A DNA stretch of 64,000 nucleotides from Octopus vulgaris. Taxonomy: Eukaryota. Shown one piece after another: positions 37,440-50,761 of this stretch (its first letter is position 1; every line of letters begins with the position of its first letter). The stretch spans positions 74,028,001 to 74,092,000 of the forward strand of contig OX597817.1 of assembly GCA_951406725.2 (NCBI GenBank). Reading direction: 5' to 3'. The notes under the pieces are model-generated. The model was not told where the DNA came from. It was given only the letters and a program-made list of their open reading frames with translations, and made no database searches. The position numbers and the translations under genes are program-made.

Positions 37440-38287
37440 GATCTATACATACATCCACTTCATATGTGGGAAATTCTGTCTGTGGGTGTGTTTGTGGAGT
37501 GGTTAGCTAACTCCTCCTACACCGTTTTATCGATTTTCATGAAACTTGACATGTGTGTAGAACTTATGTCTGGAAACCTCATGGCAGACTCAGATTGTTG
37601 AAAAAATTGATAATAGGGCCCTGGAAAGGATTCTTATATATATCTAATATATTTTAGTTTAAAAACCAAGGAAATAACCAATTCATTTTCCTAACTTATT
37701 TGGTAAAAATGAAATTGTGTATGCTTATTTCTTAGTATTTGAACTGTTAGAGTTATTTTCGCAATTTATCCAGTATAACCCTTAAACAAGTAAATAGTAT
37801 TTTCCTAAACAATAGATCCACTTATTTCTGCTAGTGACTTACTCAGGAATATACCAACACTAGTGCTGCTGAGGGTAATATTCTCTGAGAACGCACAAAA
37901 GCCATTTGAATTGTTATTATCTCATATCTGATTAGCCTTTTACTACGTAACATGCTTCACGATTTTAATTTACATACTTTATTAGTATTTCCGCATGTGT
38001 TCTATATACTCTGGGAACGCATTAAAACCCTTTTCAGGGCCCACTTTATTTGAATTCGTATTATCGGGGAACTAATTTCATGTTGTTACATAACTAACAT
38101 CACAATTTGGGTATTCATAACTTATTGGGAATTCTTAAAAACAGTTCGGTATTCTCTGTAAATGCACAAAAACCGTTTTAAGGGCTACATACTTTGTATT
38201 GTTGTTATTGGATTAGCGAAACAATTATGAGAAAGGAATCGAGGGATAAACCCCGCTTTCCCGGGAATTTCCGGGTACGTTAGCTAG
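37440..38287 (+). mobile_element. Non-autonomous Helitron
   Basis: 3' hairpin CCCGG-gaattt-CCGGG (38260-38275) followed by CTAG (38284-38287) then T; 5' part has tctgtctgt..cgattttcatgaaacttg. 5' boundary approximate. Confidence 0.65.
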
Positions 38288-38408
38288 TACGTACATCCAT
38301 CCATCCATCCATCCATCCATCCATACATACATACATACATACATACATACATACATACATACATACATACATACATACATACATACATACATACATACAT
38401 ACATACAT

Positions 38409-39832
38409 AAAGTTATCAACGATGTCGCTGGGGTACACATGGAATGATGTGATGTTTATTACTGGAATATAAATACTATTATATACACAACCTCTATTAC
38501 TCTTAAAGAACACCCAGAAGAAATCTACAGTGATCAAAGTACTGAAATTACTACACGGAAACAACCTAGATGGAATACAAAACTTGAAGAAAACATCAAC
38601 AACGTGCACCGCTACATCGGATGGTTAACTACAACAATAAAATGCAAGGAGAAAAATAAGATTACACCTCGCCAACTCTACATTAGACAAAAATTAATGA
38701 AACTCTATGGCAACTCTTCACACCGAGCTCTTGAGGGAAAGCTGATCACTTTAAAACACGAACTCAGGACGATGAGCGAGAATCTCCACTATCGCAAGCG
38801 AATTTTTGAACGAGCCAGTATCAATCGCAAGTTTGCTTCCAACCTACAAGCATTATACAGATAGATGAAGGAAAACATTACCATTAAGAAAGCTCCCTCC
38901 AAAGAAGATCTACAATCATTCTGGTTAAACATTTGGAACGAAAATAGTGATTTTAACCTGAATGCATCATAGTTGAATAAAATTGAGAGAGAATACTGTA
39001 CCAACACTAAGAGTAAAACATACAAAATTAATACAGAAACCCTTGCTATAGCAGTAGGCAAACTGCAGAATGGGAAGGCACCTGGAAGGGAACTAACAGT
39101 TGGATATTGATACAAGAAGCTGACATTTATAGAAATCACTTGATATGTATGTTCAAAAGGGCTTATGGAAGGTCAGAGTGAAATACCAAATTGGCTTACT
39201 ACAGCAAGGACAAATATTGTTGCCAAAAATGAAGTCACCGAGATGGTAGGAAACTACAGGCCCATTGCTTGCCTAAACATTATGTACAAACTGTAAACAA
39301 GCTGCCCCAACCAATTCTTCCAGGACCATTGTGAGTCGAACAACATTGTGTCTGATGAACAGGCTGGTGGAAAGTAAGGAGTGTGGGTATGTGCCGAACA
39401 ACTTTGAAAAAACAAAACTGCACTGTCTGAAGTGAGAAAACAACATAGAAACCTTGTGGCAGTATGGCTTGACTATAGGAAGTCATTCGACTCTATCTCT
39501 TATTCATGGCTGTTGAAGTGCCTACATCTGGCAAAAGTATCTCCTACATTAATTGCTGCTATAGAGAGACTCACAAAGACATGAACGCAATTCTTACCCT
39601 TACGATTGAGAACAGAATAATTGTTTCTGATATGATAGGCATTTCAAATGGAATATTCCAGGGAGATAGTCGTTCTGAACTTCTTTTCATTTTGGCACAG
39701 AATCTCTTATCGTTCCTACTGCGGAAAACACATGGTAACATGCTAGGATCTCCAACTGCTAGAAATATCTATGTAACTCATAATTTCTTCGTAGACGACC
39801 AGAAAACGACTGGAATTAATAACATTTTCAGC
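38409..39832 (+). mobile_element. R4/Dong-clade non-LTR retrotransposon RT relic
   Basis: GKAPG..VGY*YKKL, IPNWLTTART, NYRPIACLNIMYKL, EQAGG, WLDYRKSFDSISYSWL, GIFQGDS, HNFFVDD; begins directly after (CATA)n. Confidence 0.88.
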
Positions 39833-39985
39833 TGATATAAGCCGATATTTTCTCTCCTGTTACTTTCTGTGTTCCTTTCCGTGGAAGAGCGTAGGCTCGA
39901 AACTTTTTCGCTTCCCGAGCGTTAAACTAATATATCTGTTTGTTGTCTACACCACCTGTCTTTGTCTTTTGTTTTGTTTTGTTTT
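39833..39985 (+). mobile_element. Penelope-like terminal fragment with broken hammerhead motif
   Basis: AGAGC-gtag-GCTC-GAAAC..gagcgttaaactaata, the same layout as 61894-61990. Confidence 0.5.
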
Positions 39986-40138
39986 GTTTTTTGTGAATAT
40001 ATTTATGTACACGCACTCTCAAACACATACACACACATACATATATATGTATGTATTTGTGTGTGTATGTGTATGTATGTATGTATGTATGTATGTATGT
40101 ATGTATGTATGTATGTATGTATGTATGTATGTATGTAT

Positions 40139-40935
40139 CGCCGTGGCATACCAGCAAATAGTTTTTATACTGTATATAGTCAAAGACTGGTGATGAGATT
40201 CGTTACCGATTCGATTCCTGTATGTGATGTTGATAAGCAACAAAAATGACGAAATATCGGTATCTATCATTCCTGAATTCGATTGGTAGCGTGATGCCTT
40301 GCTTCTCTATGATGTTCAGGTGTTTTAACACCCAACATTGTGAGGAGTCGTCCCCCTAGCGTTATTCAGCAGTGAACTGGCAAACAAACAAAACACATAC
40401 ACTGAGAAAGTGCGGTCAATAATATATGTATGTCATTATTCAGATTTATTTCAAGATTTCTTGCCATAGAGAAAGATCCGGTTTCAAACCTTGATCCAAG
40501 TCTCCTTCATTGGAATTTCAACAATATCAACAGGGTATTTTTGTATGCATGCATCTTTGTATGTATACGTGCAGATTCGTATGTTTTGGTTCACGTAAGT
40601 ATTCTCATGCATATAGTTGCATATCTAGACATGCTCATATATACTTAAACGATAAACTTTTGGAAAACGATAAACATCTGGGAAGTTCTACAGCTTTTTA
40701 CAGTTCCAGTGAGGGATTAAATCTGTAATCTTCGAATAGAGCTTTCTCCTTTCTGCTTTTGAGAAGCTTAATTTCTGAAGATTGGTAGTTAGGCAGTGAG
40801 TTACATATCCCAGTGCTTCAATAATTACAGGTATAAACCTGAACTTATAATCTGGATAGAGTAACTGCGTAGGTATTCTCTTTTTCACTGATCTTCAGGT
40901 TTATGTTAACATCCGCTAGGCAGCTAATTTCCTCA
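40139..40935 (-). mobile_element. 3' end of an R4/Dong-like element (RLE C-terminus and 3' UTR) plus ~285-bp downstream extension
   Basis: EEISCLADVN, QLLYPDYKFRFIPVIIEALG, SLTGTVKSC; flanked by (CATA)n on the minus strand. Confidence 0.75.
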
Positions 40936-41345
40936 TGTGTATGTATGTATGTATGTATGTATGTAGGTGCAATAGAAAACCGAACAGATTGAGCGGTAGA
41001 CAAAATAGTTTGCAGACAATTTAGTTAAGTCTCCTAAACTTGACATCATCTTTAATTTTTCCGGAGTCGATAAAATTAATGACCTCTCAAAGAATGTAAT
41101 CGATTCAATTGCTTATTCCCTCATCTCAAATGTATGGCCTGTTCTGTACAGATTGTAAAATTCGATATATATATAATATATATATATATATACATACAGA
41201 CAGACACACGAATATACACAAAAGTACATAGTACGTACGTATGTATATATATATGTTTGTATGTGTATATATTCATAATTTGTATATATATATATATATA
41301 TATTGTGTGTGTGTGTGTGTGTGTATGTATATATATACATATATA

Positions 41346-41385
<40 letters not shown>

Positions 41386-41497
41386 CAAATATACATACAT
41401 ATATGTGTGTGTGTGCATACACACACACACATATATGTATATATATATACATATGTATACACAGACACACAGACATATACATATATGTGTATATGTT

Positions 41498-41539
<42 letters not shown>

Positions 41540-41666
41540 CACATACACTCATACATACATACATGCACCTGAATGAATGAATTATATTATCCGACAGCAG
41601 GTAATAACACTATGGAATATTTGATTAGCAGGGTTTTCTGAAAAATAATCTCCTAAATGAGTTACG

Positions 41667-41727
<61 letters not shown>

Positions 41728-42114
41728 GCGCGCACACGCACAATACACACGCATCGCATTTTGTGAAAAATTGTGTCGTTGATTATAAATTCCCAAAGGG
41801 CCAATAACTGGTTCACTGCATTTCTGTAGGCGAGGGTAACAAGGGAGTGTCTTTGCCACTCAAGCGAAACAGATAGCACAATGCATTTTTGTCTGAAAGC
41901 TCCATTTTAATGGCTTTCTCGCCAATATTTACATCTTTCATCGATATGATGACGAGTAAGTAGAATCTACTACCTCTTTTTCACTCTGCCTCCCTCTTTA
42001 TGTGTGTGTATGTGTATATATATGTATGTATTTATGCATGTATGTATATCGTGCAATGGCCATACTCGATAACGAGGGGGCAACCATCATATATGTATAT
42101 ATATATAGATATAT

Positions 42115-42173
<59 letters not shown>

Positions 42174-42350
42174 TCTGTGTGTGTATTTATGTTTATATAT
42201 ACATAAATATATATATTTACATATGTTTATATACACGAGAGAAATATATATGCATGTATATGTATAGATATATATATATATACGTGTGTGTGTGTGTGTG
42301 TGTGTATGTATGTTTATATGTGTGTTTGTGTGTATATGTGTATATACACC

Positions 42351-42397
<47 letters not shown>

Positions 42398-43386
42398 ATA
42401 TATATGTATGTATGTATGTAGATCATGAACACATGCACACGCACGCTCACACACACACACACTTACATGATGAGAATCCGCTCAGTATGACCATTACCTG
42501 TTAATGAGGTGTAAAGTGAAGACTTTCTAGCTAATCTGATGCATGAGGCTTTTACCACAATTCTTGCATAAATGTCTCTTCTCAGTTAAATGCATCGTAG
42601 AATCATGCGTATTCGCATTGCCTACAGATGTTTTCCGTCAGACTGCCAATGATATGAGGGCCTTTATTATATAATTGACAGACATGTTTTTTTCGGGCGG
42701 TGATGGATTAATTATATATTTGCTTTGCTTAATTTATCCGTAAGTGGCTATTAAAACTAATCCGAGAAATACAAACTCAGTACACCCCCACCCCCACAGA
42801 CATACAGCTTGTCAACAGCACTGCGCAATGTGGTCGAACTGTGTGAAGCACACGGTTGCGATTCAAACTCCTTAATTAGTTGTTACTTAAGTGATATATC
42901 ATTTGATATGCTGATATATAAATAGGTATAAGGCGGTGTGCTGTCAGAATCATTACGGAACCTTGGCTGTTTTCTGCAGAATCTACTCTCTCACAACCAT
43001 TTAGACAGGTGTCTGGTCTGTGAATAACTTCCCCTCACCGATCTTGGGGGACCTGAAAATGGACATGGGACGCTACTTTCCTTCTTTTCCTAGGAGATAA
43101 AAAAATGTAGGTTCCCGAAAAGTTGTAGTTACAATTTCGATTACCGACTTCTATATATTTGCTTCTTAAAGCAACATCATTGTTGGATATGATGAGAGCA
43201 GTTTCGTATTTTCTGCAACATGTTGATCTCTTAGAATTAAATTCATATGATTCAGGTGATTTTTTTTCTTCCTGCAAACTTCAAATCGAGATGGAACACT
43301 GTGGTATGTTGGACGTTTATAGAATGAGACTGTTCTGATAAAGCTAGGTAATAAATTAACGCTAGAAGATAAACTATGTGTATGAG

Positions 43387-43522
<136 letters not shown>

Positions 43523-43800
43523 TAAATAAAATAAAACATATGCATATATATAAACATATATGTACGTACCTACCTCTACATGTACATATACACGCATATA
43601 TGAGTACAGGACACCAAAAAGGACGTCGAACACAATGAGAAACGAAAACATAGACACAAACCAAAGGAACTGGAAATAATAATATCTGTCTGTCTGTCTG
43701 TCTACCTATCTATCTATCTGTCTGTCTGTCTGTCTGTCTGTCTAACTATCTACCTATCTATTTATCTATCTATCCATCTATCTATCTATATATCTATCTA

Positions 43801-43835
<35 letters not shown>

Positions 43836-43871
43836 TTCTATCTGTTTGTCTATATGTCTATCTGTCTAACT

Positions 43872-44346
43872 TTTTCAAGTATCACTTGAAAAGGAAAGTG
43901 AGAGTAGAGAGGCAAGTTTTGTCTTGCGAATGTTTCAAAAAAAGATGGGTAAATGTAGCAAGGATGGCACGTATGAATGACGAAGCCACCTTGAGCATAA
44001 TCCTATGAACCCGGAAAATTTAAAACAGAGGGTTACCTACTTGCAAATAAATGTGGTAACATGTAACATCATTAACCGAGGTTACCGTGGTCTTTTCCGT
44101 AGGCTTTTCTTCCCACGGATAAACCTTATCTGCTTCCCCCTTTACACTTTACACCATGACACTGTGATACATGATCCCTATTGATCGTTTTTTTCCCTTT
44201 TTTCTCCTTTTTTTCTTCTTCTTTCCCTTTTACGATCACTTTTGATCGAAAACCTAACCCACCTTTTTTTCTCTCCCCCAAAAAGAAAAGCTCTACTTTG
44301 TAATCTGTCCCGTCTGTGTGCAGCTCTGTATGGCTAATAAAGAAAC
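43872..44346 (+). mobile_element. 3' end of an L1/Tx1 LINE (copy 3) inside a (TCTG/TCTA)n tract
   Basis: FKYHLKRKVRVERQVLSCECFKKRWVNVARM matches the C-termini of copies 1 and 2; tail ggctaataaagaaac. Confidence 0.85.
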
Positions 44347-44389
44347 ATATCTGTCTGTCTGTCTGTCTCTCTCTCTCTATATATATATA

Positions 44390-44450
<61 letters not shown>

Positions 44451-44707
44451 ATACACATATATAGATACGTATGCACACACATACACACACATATAATTGT
44501 AAATTGATTTCTGGCTTAGTGTTATAAAACACCCTGCTGTCATCAGTACAATATGCCAAAGTATATAGATGCACATATCTATACATACCCATATGAACAT
44601 ATAGTCGTGCGTATACGTATATATATATGTATATGGTCATATGGTCGTGCGGATATGTTGTTCGTATAGGTACGTATAGATATTTGCATCTATATACTTT
44701 GGTATAT

Positions 44708-44754
<47 letters not shown>

Positions 44755-45139
44755 AAAGTATATAGGTGAGCATTTGGGTTATTGAAAACGATAACGATTT
44801 GTTGGAAACATCCATCGGTCAATAAATGTAATAAATTAAAACATAATAGTCTCAGAAAGGGGGCTAAATTGCATCGTAATTTTAATATTGTTCAAAGAAA
44901 TGTTAAAATGATATATATAAAAAGACAATGCGTAATTTATCGATATTTGTATTACCTGTCGTAATGTTTTAAAGTCATAAAATTTAGAAACTAGGTTATA
45001 GATTATCTAAAATTCATACCATCGAATTGAAGAAATTATTTGCGACAAGGAAATATTATAAACATTCTTGCCTTAAAATTGTTAGTTCCTTCTGATGCAT
45101 ATGCTAGACACACAGAAATATACTGAGATCGCTACTTAA

Positions 45140-45689
45140 CCCTTTATTCGTCCTGTGTAACGCGCATGGTAGGCAGGACACATTTCCCCGACGTTTATGC
45201 ATCATGTACGATATACATTCCCACTTTTTGCAACCACTAGAGTAACTTGGGATTTCCGAAAGAAAGATTTACATTACCCAGAATATATGAAGTGGAGACA
45301 CATGACCTAGTTGTTAGAGCAGCGGACTCGCGATCGAGGGATAGCAGGTTCGAATCTCAGACCAGGCGATATGTGTGCTTATGAGCGAAACACCTAAGCT
45401 CCACGCGGCTCCGGCAGAAGGTAATGACTAACTTCTGCCGACTCTTTCGTCACAACTTTCTCTCACTCTTTCCTCCAACTTCTAGCAGCGCACTTGCGAT
45501 GGGCTTGGCGTCCCGTCCAGGTGGAGAGCCTATACGCCAATGAAACCGGGAAACCGGGCCGTATGCGCCAGGCATGGTTCGAGAAAGAACAAACAACAAG
45601 AATATATGAAAGAAAGACTAACTAAAAGTCTGAAAAGAAATGTGGATATTTAGGATAAATTTATGAAAATGCTTTGGACAAGCAAAGGG
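45140..45689. mobile_element. piggyBac-type MITE hosting a SINE
   Basis: TTAA|CCCTTTattcGTCC ... GGACaagcAAAGGG|TTAA. Confidence 0.7.
45292..45598 (+). mobile_element. tRNA-derived SINE with V-domain-like segment and 12-bp TSD
   Basis: A/B boxes (tgacctagttgttagagc, ggttcgaatct); gcgatgggcttggcgtcccgtccagg..gaaaccggg; TSD agaatatatgaa at 45280-45291 and 45599-45610. Confidence 0.85.
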
Positions 45690-45747
45690 TTAAGTATTAG
45701 TCAAGTAAGTATAAGTATCTATTGAACTGTTCTGATCACGTACAACT

Positions 45748-46058
45748 GGCGCTCTTTCGGTTACGACGACAAGGGTTCTAGTTGAGCTGATCAATGGAAC
45801 AGCCTGCTCGTGAAATTAACGTGCAAGTGGCCAAGCACTTCACAGACACGCGTATCCTTCACATAGTTCTCATGGAATTTCAGTGTGACACAGGATGTGA
45901 CGAAACTGTTTTTTTAAATTACAAGTACAACTCAACATAGCCAGCCTGGAGTAGACTGGAGCAATGGGAAATAAAGTGTCTTGCTCAAGGACACAATGCA
46001 CCACCGGGAATCGAACTCACGACTTTACGATCGTGAGCCGAATATCCCTAACCACTGC
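45748..46058 (-). mobile_element. CORE-type SINE (OR-like)
   Basis: aagtgtcttgctcaaggacaca..gggaatcgaactcacga..ccctaaccact; same family at 54298-54610 (+) and 63925-64000 (-). Confidence 0.85.
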
Positions 46059-46312
46059 GGATCCTGGAAAAGGTTGGATATGTTATGGATGAAGATAATT
46101 GGAAGAAGAGGAAGAAGGAGAGGGTGATGCGGAGGAGAGGAGAGGAGCATCTAAGTAGGGGAGGCGTGAAACCAGTCAGCTGTGACAACCAATGCCTTTC
46201 TTGTTGGGGTATAAAAAATAGTGAGAGAGAAGACAACACATATGCGAGCCAGAGAGTGGCGTGTCCGTGAGTTGTTTTATTTCAGTCAGTGGCCTTTCTC
46301 TGTGTGAGTGTG

Positions 46313-46451
<139 letters not shown>

Positions 46452-47043
46452 TGGAAGCTACCAATCCGAAAGATGAAGGGCGGACGGAGCCCATATGCAA
46501 GCAGTTTTGGTAGATTCGCATCTCAGACGTTCAGAGGCGGTTTCTGGTGTCTAGAACAATATTACGTACTGCCATACTCAAAAGCTATAGCCCACTTATG
46601 GGTGATAATAGCAAAATAGATCATCCGTGAATCTGACTCTAAAGAAACTATACTTGTGGCCGCTACCGTTTGGGAAAGGGAGAGTGGGGAGAGAGGGGAG
46701 ATTGAAGATGTTAGAGAACGTCGTTGTTAATGTCTGCCTCCATTACTTTTCAGGGGAAGCAAGTTAGAAGTATTCAAATGTGTATTAAGTTGGACGCTAT
46801 ATGTAACGAACTCATAGACACATATTCTTTTTCTTTTACTTGTTTCAATAATTTGACTGCGGCCATGCCGGAGCAACGCCTTTAGTCAAATAAATCGACC
46901 CGAGGACTTATTCTTTGCAAGCTTTGTACTTATCCTATCGGTCTCTTCTTCCGAACCGCTAAGTTGTGAAGGCGTAAACACACCAACATCAGTTGTCAAG
47001 TGATGGTGGGAGGACAAACACATACACACACACACACACACAA

Positions 47044-48080
47044 AGAAAACAGAAAATGGAGAAATATTGATGAACAATAATTGACTTACATCAATTATTA
47101 TTAATTCATTACAAATAAACTGCATCCCGTCTAACAACTGTTTCTGCTTCCTATGTTGGATGGTATTACCATTGATATGCTAAAAATATGTATCATATTT
47201 GATAATAAAACTGAAACGTAGATCTTCATCAGAGTGAAGAATAAATTTTAAAAAAAGAGCCTAGAGAAGAAAAAGGAAAAGTTGAATATGGTTGACATTG
47301 ACCTTGGCCTATATTACTTCGGACAACAGGCGGAAAGGCTTAACCAGCTACTAGTAAATAAATAAAAAATTACATTTAATCGATTAGCATTTTATTATGA
47401 TAAATACTATTAATTAGTACTATAAACATAATTATTACAAATTATTATGATTAATTTAAAAACTTATTTGTTTTTTCACCTCTTCTTCGACTAAAACCTA
47501 TTGGCATATCCCACTATTATTCAAAAAATTTTTTTTATTATTTACCCATCCTATCCACCCTCCCATACAAAGGATTAATCCATCAAATACTATTTTAAGT
47601 TTATTCATTTACTTAACGTCCCATAGAGATACGCAAGCAAAATGGTATGATTACAACCATATTCAACTTTTCCATTTTTCTTCTCTATGCGCTTCTTTAT
47701 TTATTTTTCACTCTGATGAAGCTCCATGTTCCAGATCAGTTTTATTACCAAATATGATAAATATATTTTAGCATATCAATGGCAATACCATACTATATTG
47801 GAAGCAGAAACAGCTGTTAGATGGGATGCAGTTTATTTATATTGAATTAATAAATAATTAATGTAAGTCAATTGTTGTTTATAAATATTTCTCCATTTTC
47901 TGTTTTCTGTAAATTTTGCTTCTTGATAAATTTATGTTTATCCTTGTCTTTACCTATAATCTATGAGCATAATATGCTTGCTTATGTATGCCCATGGTAA
48001 AACATAGGTAATATACCAGTAGTATAATGGATACTTCTATCTCTTAGTCGGTTATTTTAACCTCTAACTCAGGTTACCTT
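47044..48080 (+). mobile_element. Penelope-like insertion with inverted ~250-bp arms (47044-47294 / 47654-47908)
   Basis: Arms are reverse complements; each carries CTGATGA...GAAACAG(C/T)TGTT. Confidence 0.7.
47709..47823 (+). ncRNA. Type I hammerhead-ribozyme-like motif with long stem-loop II (mirror copy 47128-47236 on the minus strand)
   Basis: CTGATGA 47713-47719; GCTCCA..TGGAAGC stem II base; GAAA 47807-47810; palindromic ACAGCTGT stem III; GTT triplet; weak stem I. Confidence 0.5.
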
Positions 48081-48954
48081 GTGTGTGTGTGTGTGTGTGT
48101 GTGCGACGGGTTTCTTTCAGTTTCCATCTACCAAATCCACTCACAAGTCTTTGGTCGGCTCGAAGCTATAGTAAAAGACACTTGTCCAGGGTGCCGCGTA
48201 GTGGGACTGAACCCGGAAACAAGCTTCTTTATTTCATTATATTGGCCATAAAGACCTTACATAGAGAAAGGAAACAAGCTTCTTACCGCACAACCACTCC
48301 TGCGCCTGTGTATATACAAAAAATAATTGAAAATATGTTTTCATTTAAAATGTAATTCATTCTTATCCTTTTATAATTACAATAAATTGTTTAAAAAGCA
48401 TTAGTCAAGATTAAGTTTTGATGTATTTCTATTTCTTATCAAAAACAAATAGTCTGAAAATAAATTGAAAATACATTTCATTTCGAAAAACCGTTTGGTC
48501 TCATCATTTACCAAAAACCTGTTATTTCAAGTTTCGATTAATTTCTGTTTCTTTACGAATTTCTATGTTTCTCTACGAAAAGTATTCGTAGAATAGTTTT
48601 CAATAAATGTTTCCATGCATTTGATGTTGGCTAAAAGGTTTTCGCTCAAATTGTTTTTCGATCAAATTATTTTTCGATCATCAGGATTAGGCCTTTGACG
48701 AAGGTGATCTTAATAATTATGAGATTTTTAAATACCATAGGTGAGGGGTGACAGGATTGTTTATTTATATATCTAACTTCTTCTGAACATGAAAACTATT
48801 AAGATACTGCACAAAAATAATTTTAGAAAACATCATGCTTTTCAAATATATTGAGCAGAATTTATCAATAGTGTGTGTTTGCGCGCGCGTGAGCGTATTT
48901 CTGTTTGCGTCCGTACGAATATGTGTACCTTTGTATATACGTACATGTATATGT

Positions 48955-49380
48955 ATGTGTATGTATGTATGAATGTGTGTATGTATGTATGTATGTATGT
49001 ATGTATGTATGCATGCATGCATGTATGTATGTATGTATGTATGTATGTATGTATGTATGTATGTATGTATGTATGTGTCCGTACGAATATGTGTACCTGT
49101 GTATATACGTACATGTATACGTATGTGTATGTATGTTTGAATGTGTGTATGTATGTATGTATGTATGTATGTATGTATATGCATGCATGTATGTATGTAT
49201 GTATGTATGTATGTATGTATGTATGTATATATGTATGTATGTATGTATGTATGCATGTATGCTGTATGTATGTATGTATGTATATATGTATGTATGTATG
49301 TATGTATGCATGTATGCTGTATGTATGTATGTATGTATGTATGTATGTATGTATGTATGTATGTATGTATGTATGTATAT
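48955..49380. repeat. (TATG)n tract with an internal ~168-bp tandem duplication
   Basis: gtccgtacgaatatgtgtacct occurs at ~48909 and ~49077. Confidence 0.9.
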
Positions 49381-50262
49381 ACGGTGCCTAATTTCTAAGA
49401 TTTGATAAAGTTCGAGTGTTCAACAGATTAACAGAACAAAAAGACGAAAGGGGAGATAAAAACGTATTCGTGACATTTTACTTTCAAGACATTTACTCAT
49501 ATTCGTCACGCATAATTAATTTCCGGCATATATCGTTTCCAGTGAGTGAAAATCGGGTTGCTAAGACGTTTTATGCACGTTAAACTTAGTCATGTCTTTC
49601 TTGTATATTTTTCTTCTTTTCAATCTGTAACCAACGGCCGTTTAACTGTATAAAATTATAGTTTTACTTTTAACTATGTGGGCAGACGTACCGCATCATG
49701 ACATCACACGACTGCTTTAGCAAAAATCTCAGAAAACACTGCGAAGTCGTGATTTTAATGAAAGCTTCACAAAGAGCCAACACAAAATGGTATTTATAAA
49801 TGTTGATGTTCTAAGAACTAATCAACAATATATTTCTATATTTATGTATTTATAGATACACACACGTACTTACATTTACATAGATACATACATACATACA
49901 TACATACATACATACATACATACATACATACATACATACTTACACACATTCATACATACACATACATACATGCATACATACAGATAGACAAGCAGACGCA
50001 CGCGTGGGTGTGTGTATATATAGAGAGATGGGAAAGAAAGAGAGAGTGAAAGAGCGACTAAAATAATATGTGGACGCTGCATGGTCGAAAGTTGTTTAGG
50101 AGATTCGCCAAGTCGCAATCACGAGGTCACGCTCGCCCGCGCGTGTGTTTGTATACATGTATATATGTGTATACGTATGTATGTATGTATGTATGTATGT
50201 ATGTATGTATGTATGTATGTATGTATGTATGTATGTATGTATGAATGTATGTATGTATGTAT

Positions 50263-50675
50263 CGCTGTGGCATACCAGCAAATAGTTTTTATACTGTATA
50301 TAGTCAAAGACTGGTGATGAGATTCGTTACCGATTCGATTCCTGTATGTGATGTTGATAAGCAACAAAAATGACGAAATATCGATATCTATCATTCCTGA
50401 ATTCAATTGGAAGCGAGATGCCTTGCTTCTCTATGATGTTCAGGTGTTTTAACACCCAACATTGTGAGGGAGTCGTCCCCCTAGCGTTATTCGGCAGTGA
50501 ACTGGCAAACAAACAAAACACATACACTGAGAAAGTGCGGCCAATAATATATGTATGTCATTATTCAGTTTTATTTCAAGATTTTTTGCCATAGAGAAAG
50601 AACCGGTTTCTAACCTAGATCCAAGGCTCATTCATTGGAATTTCAACATCAACAATAGGTATTTTTATGCATGCA
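50263..50675 (-). mobile_element. Second copy of the R4/Dong-like 3' UTR plus extension unit
   Basis: Highly similar to 40139-40552, with the same junction to (TATG)n. Confidence 0.9.
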
Positions 50676-50761
50676 TGTATGTATGTATGTATGTATGTAT
50701 GTATGTATGTATGTATGTATGTATGTATGTATGTATGTATGCATGTATGTGTTTATATATA

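Larger units (their letters stand above)
46835..48310 (-). mobile_element. Bipartite CORE-type SINE split by an insertion in its dinucleotide linker (tail 46835-47040, head 48103-48310)
   Basis: Both halves match the uninterrupted copy at 36812-37230. Confidence 0.75.
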
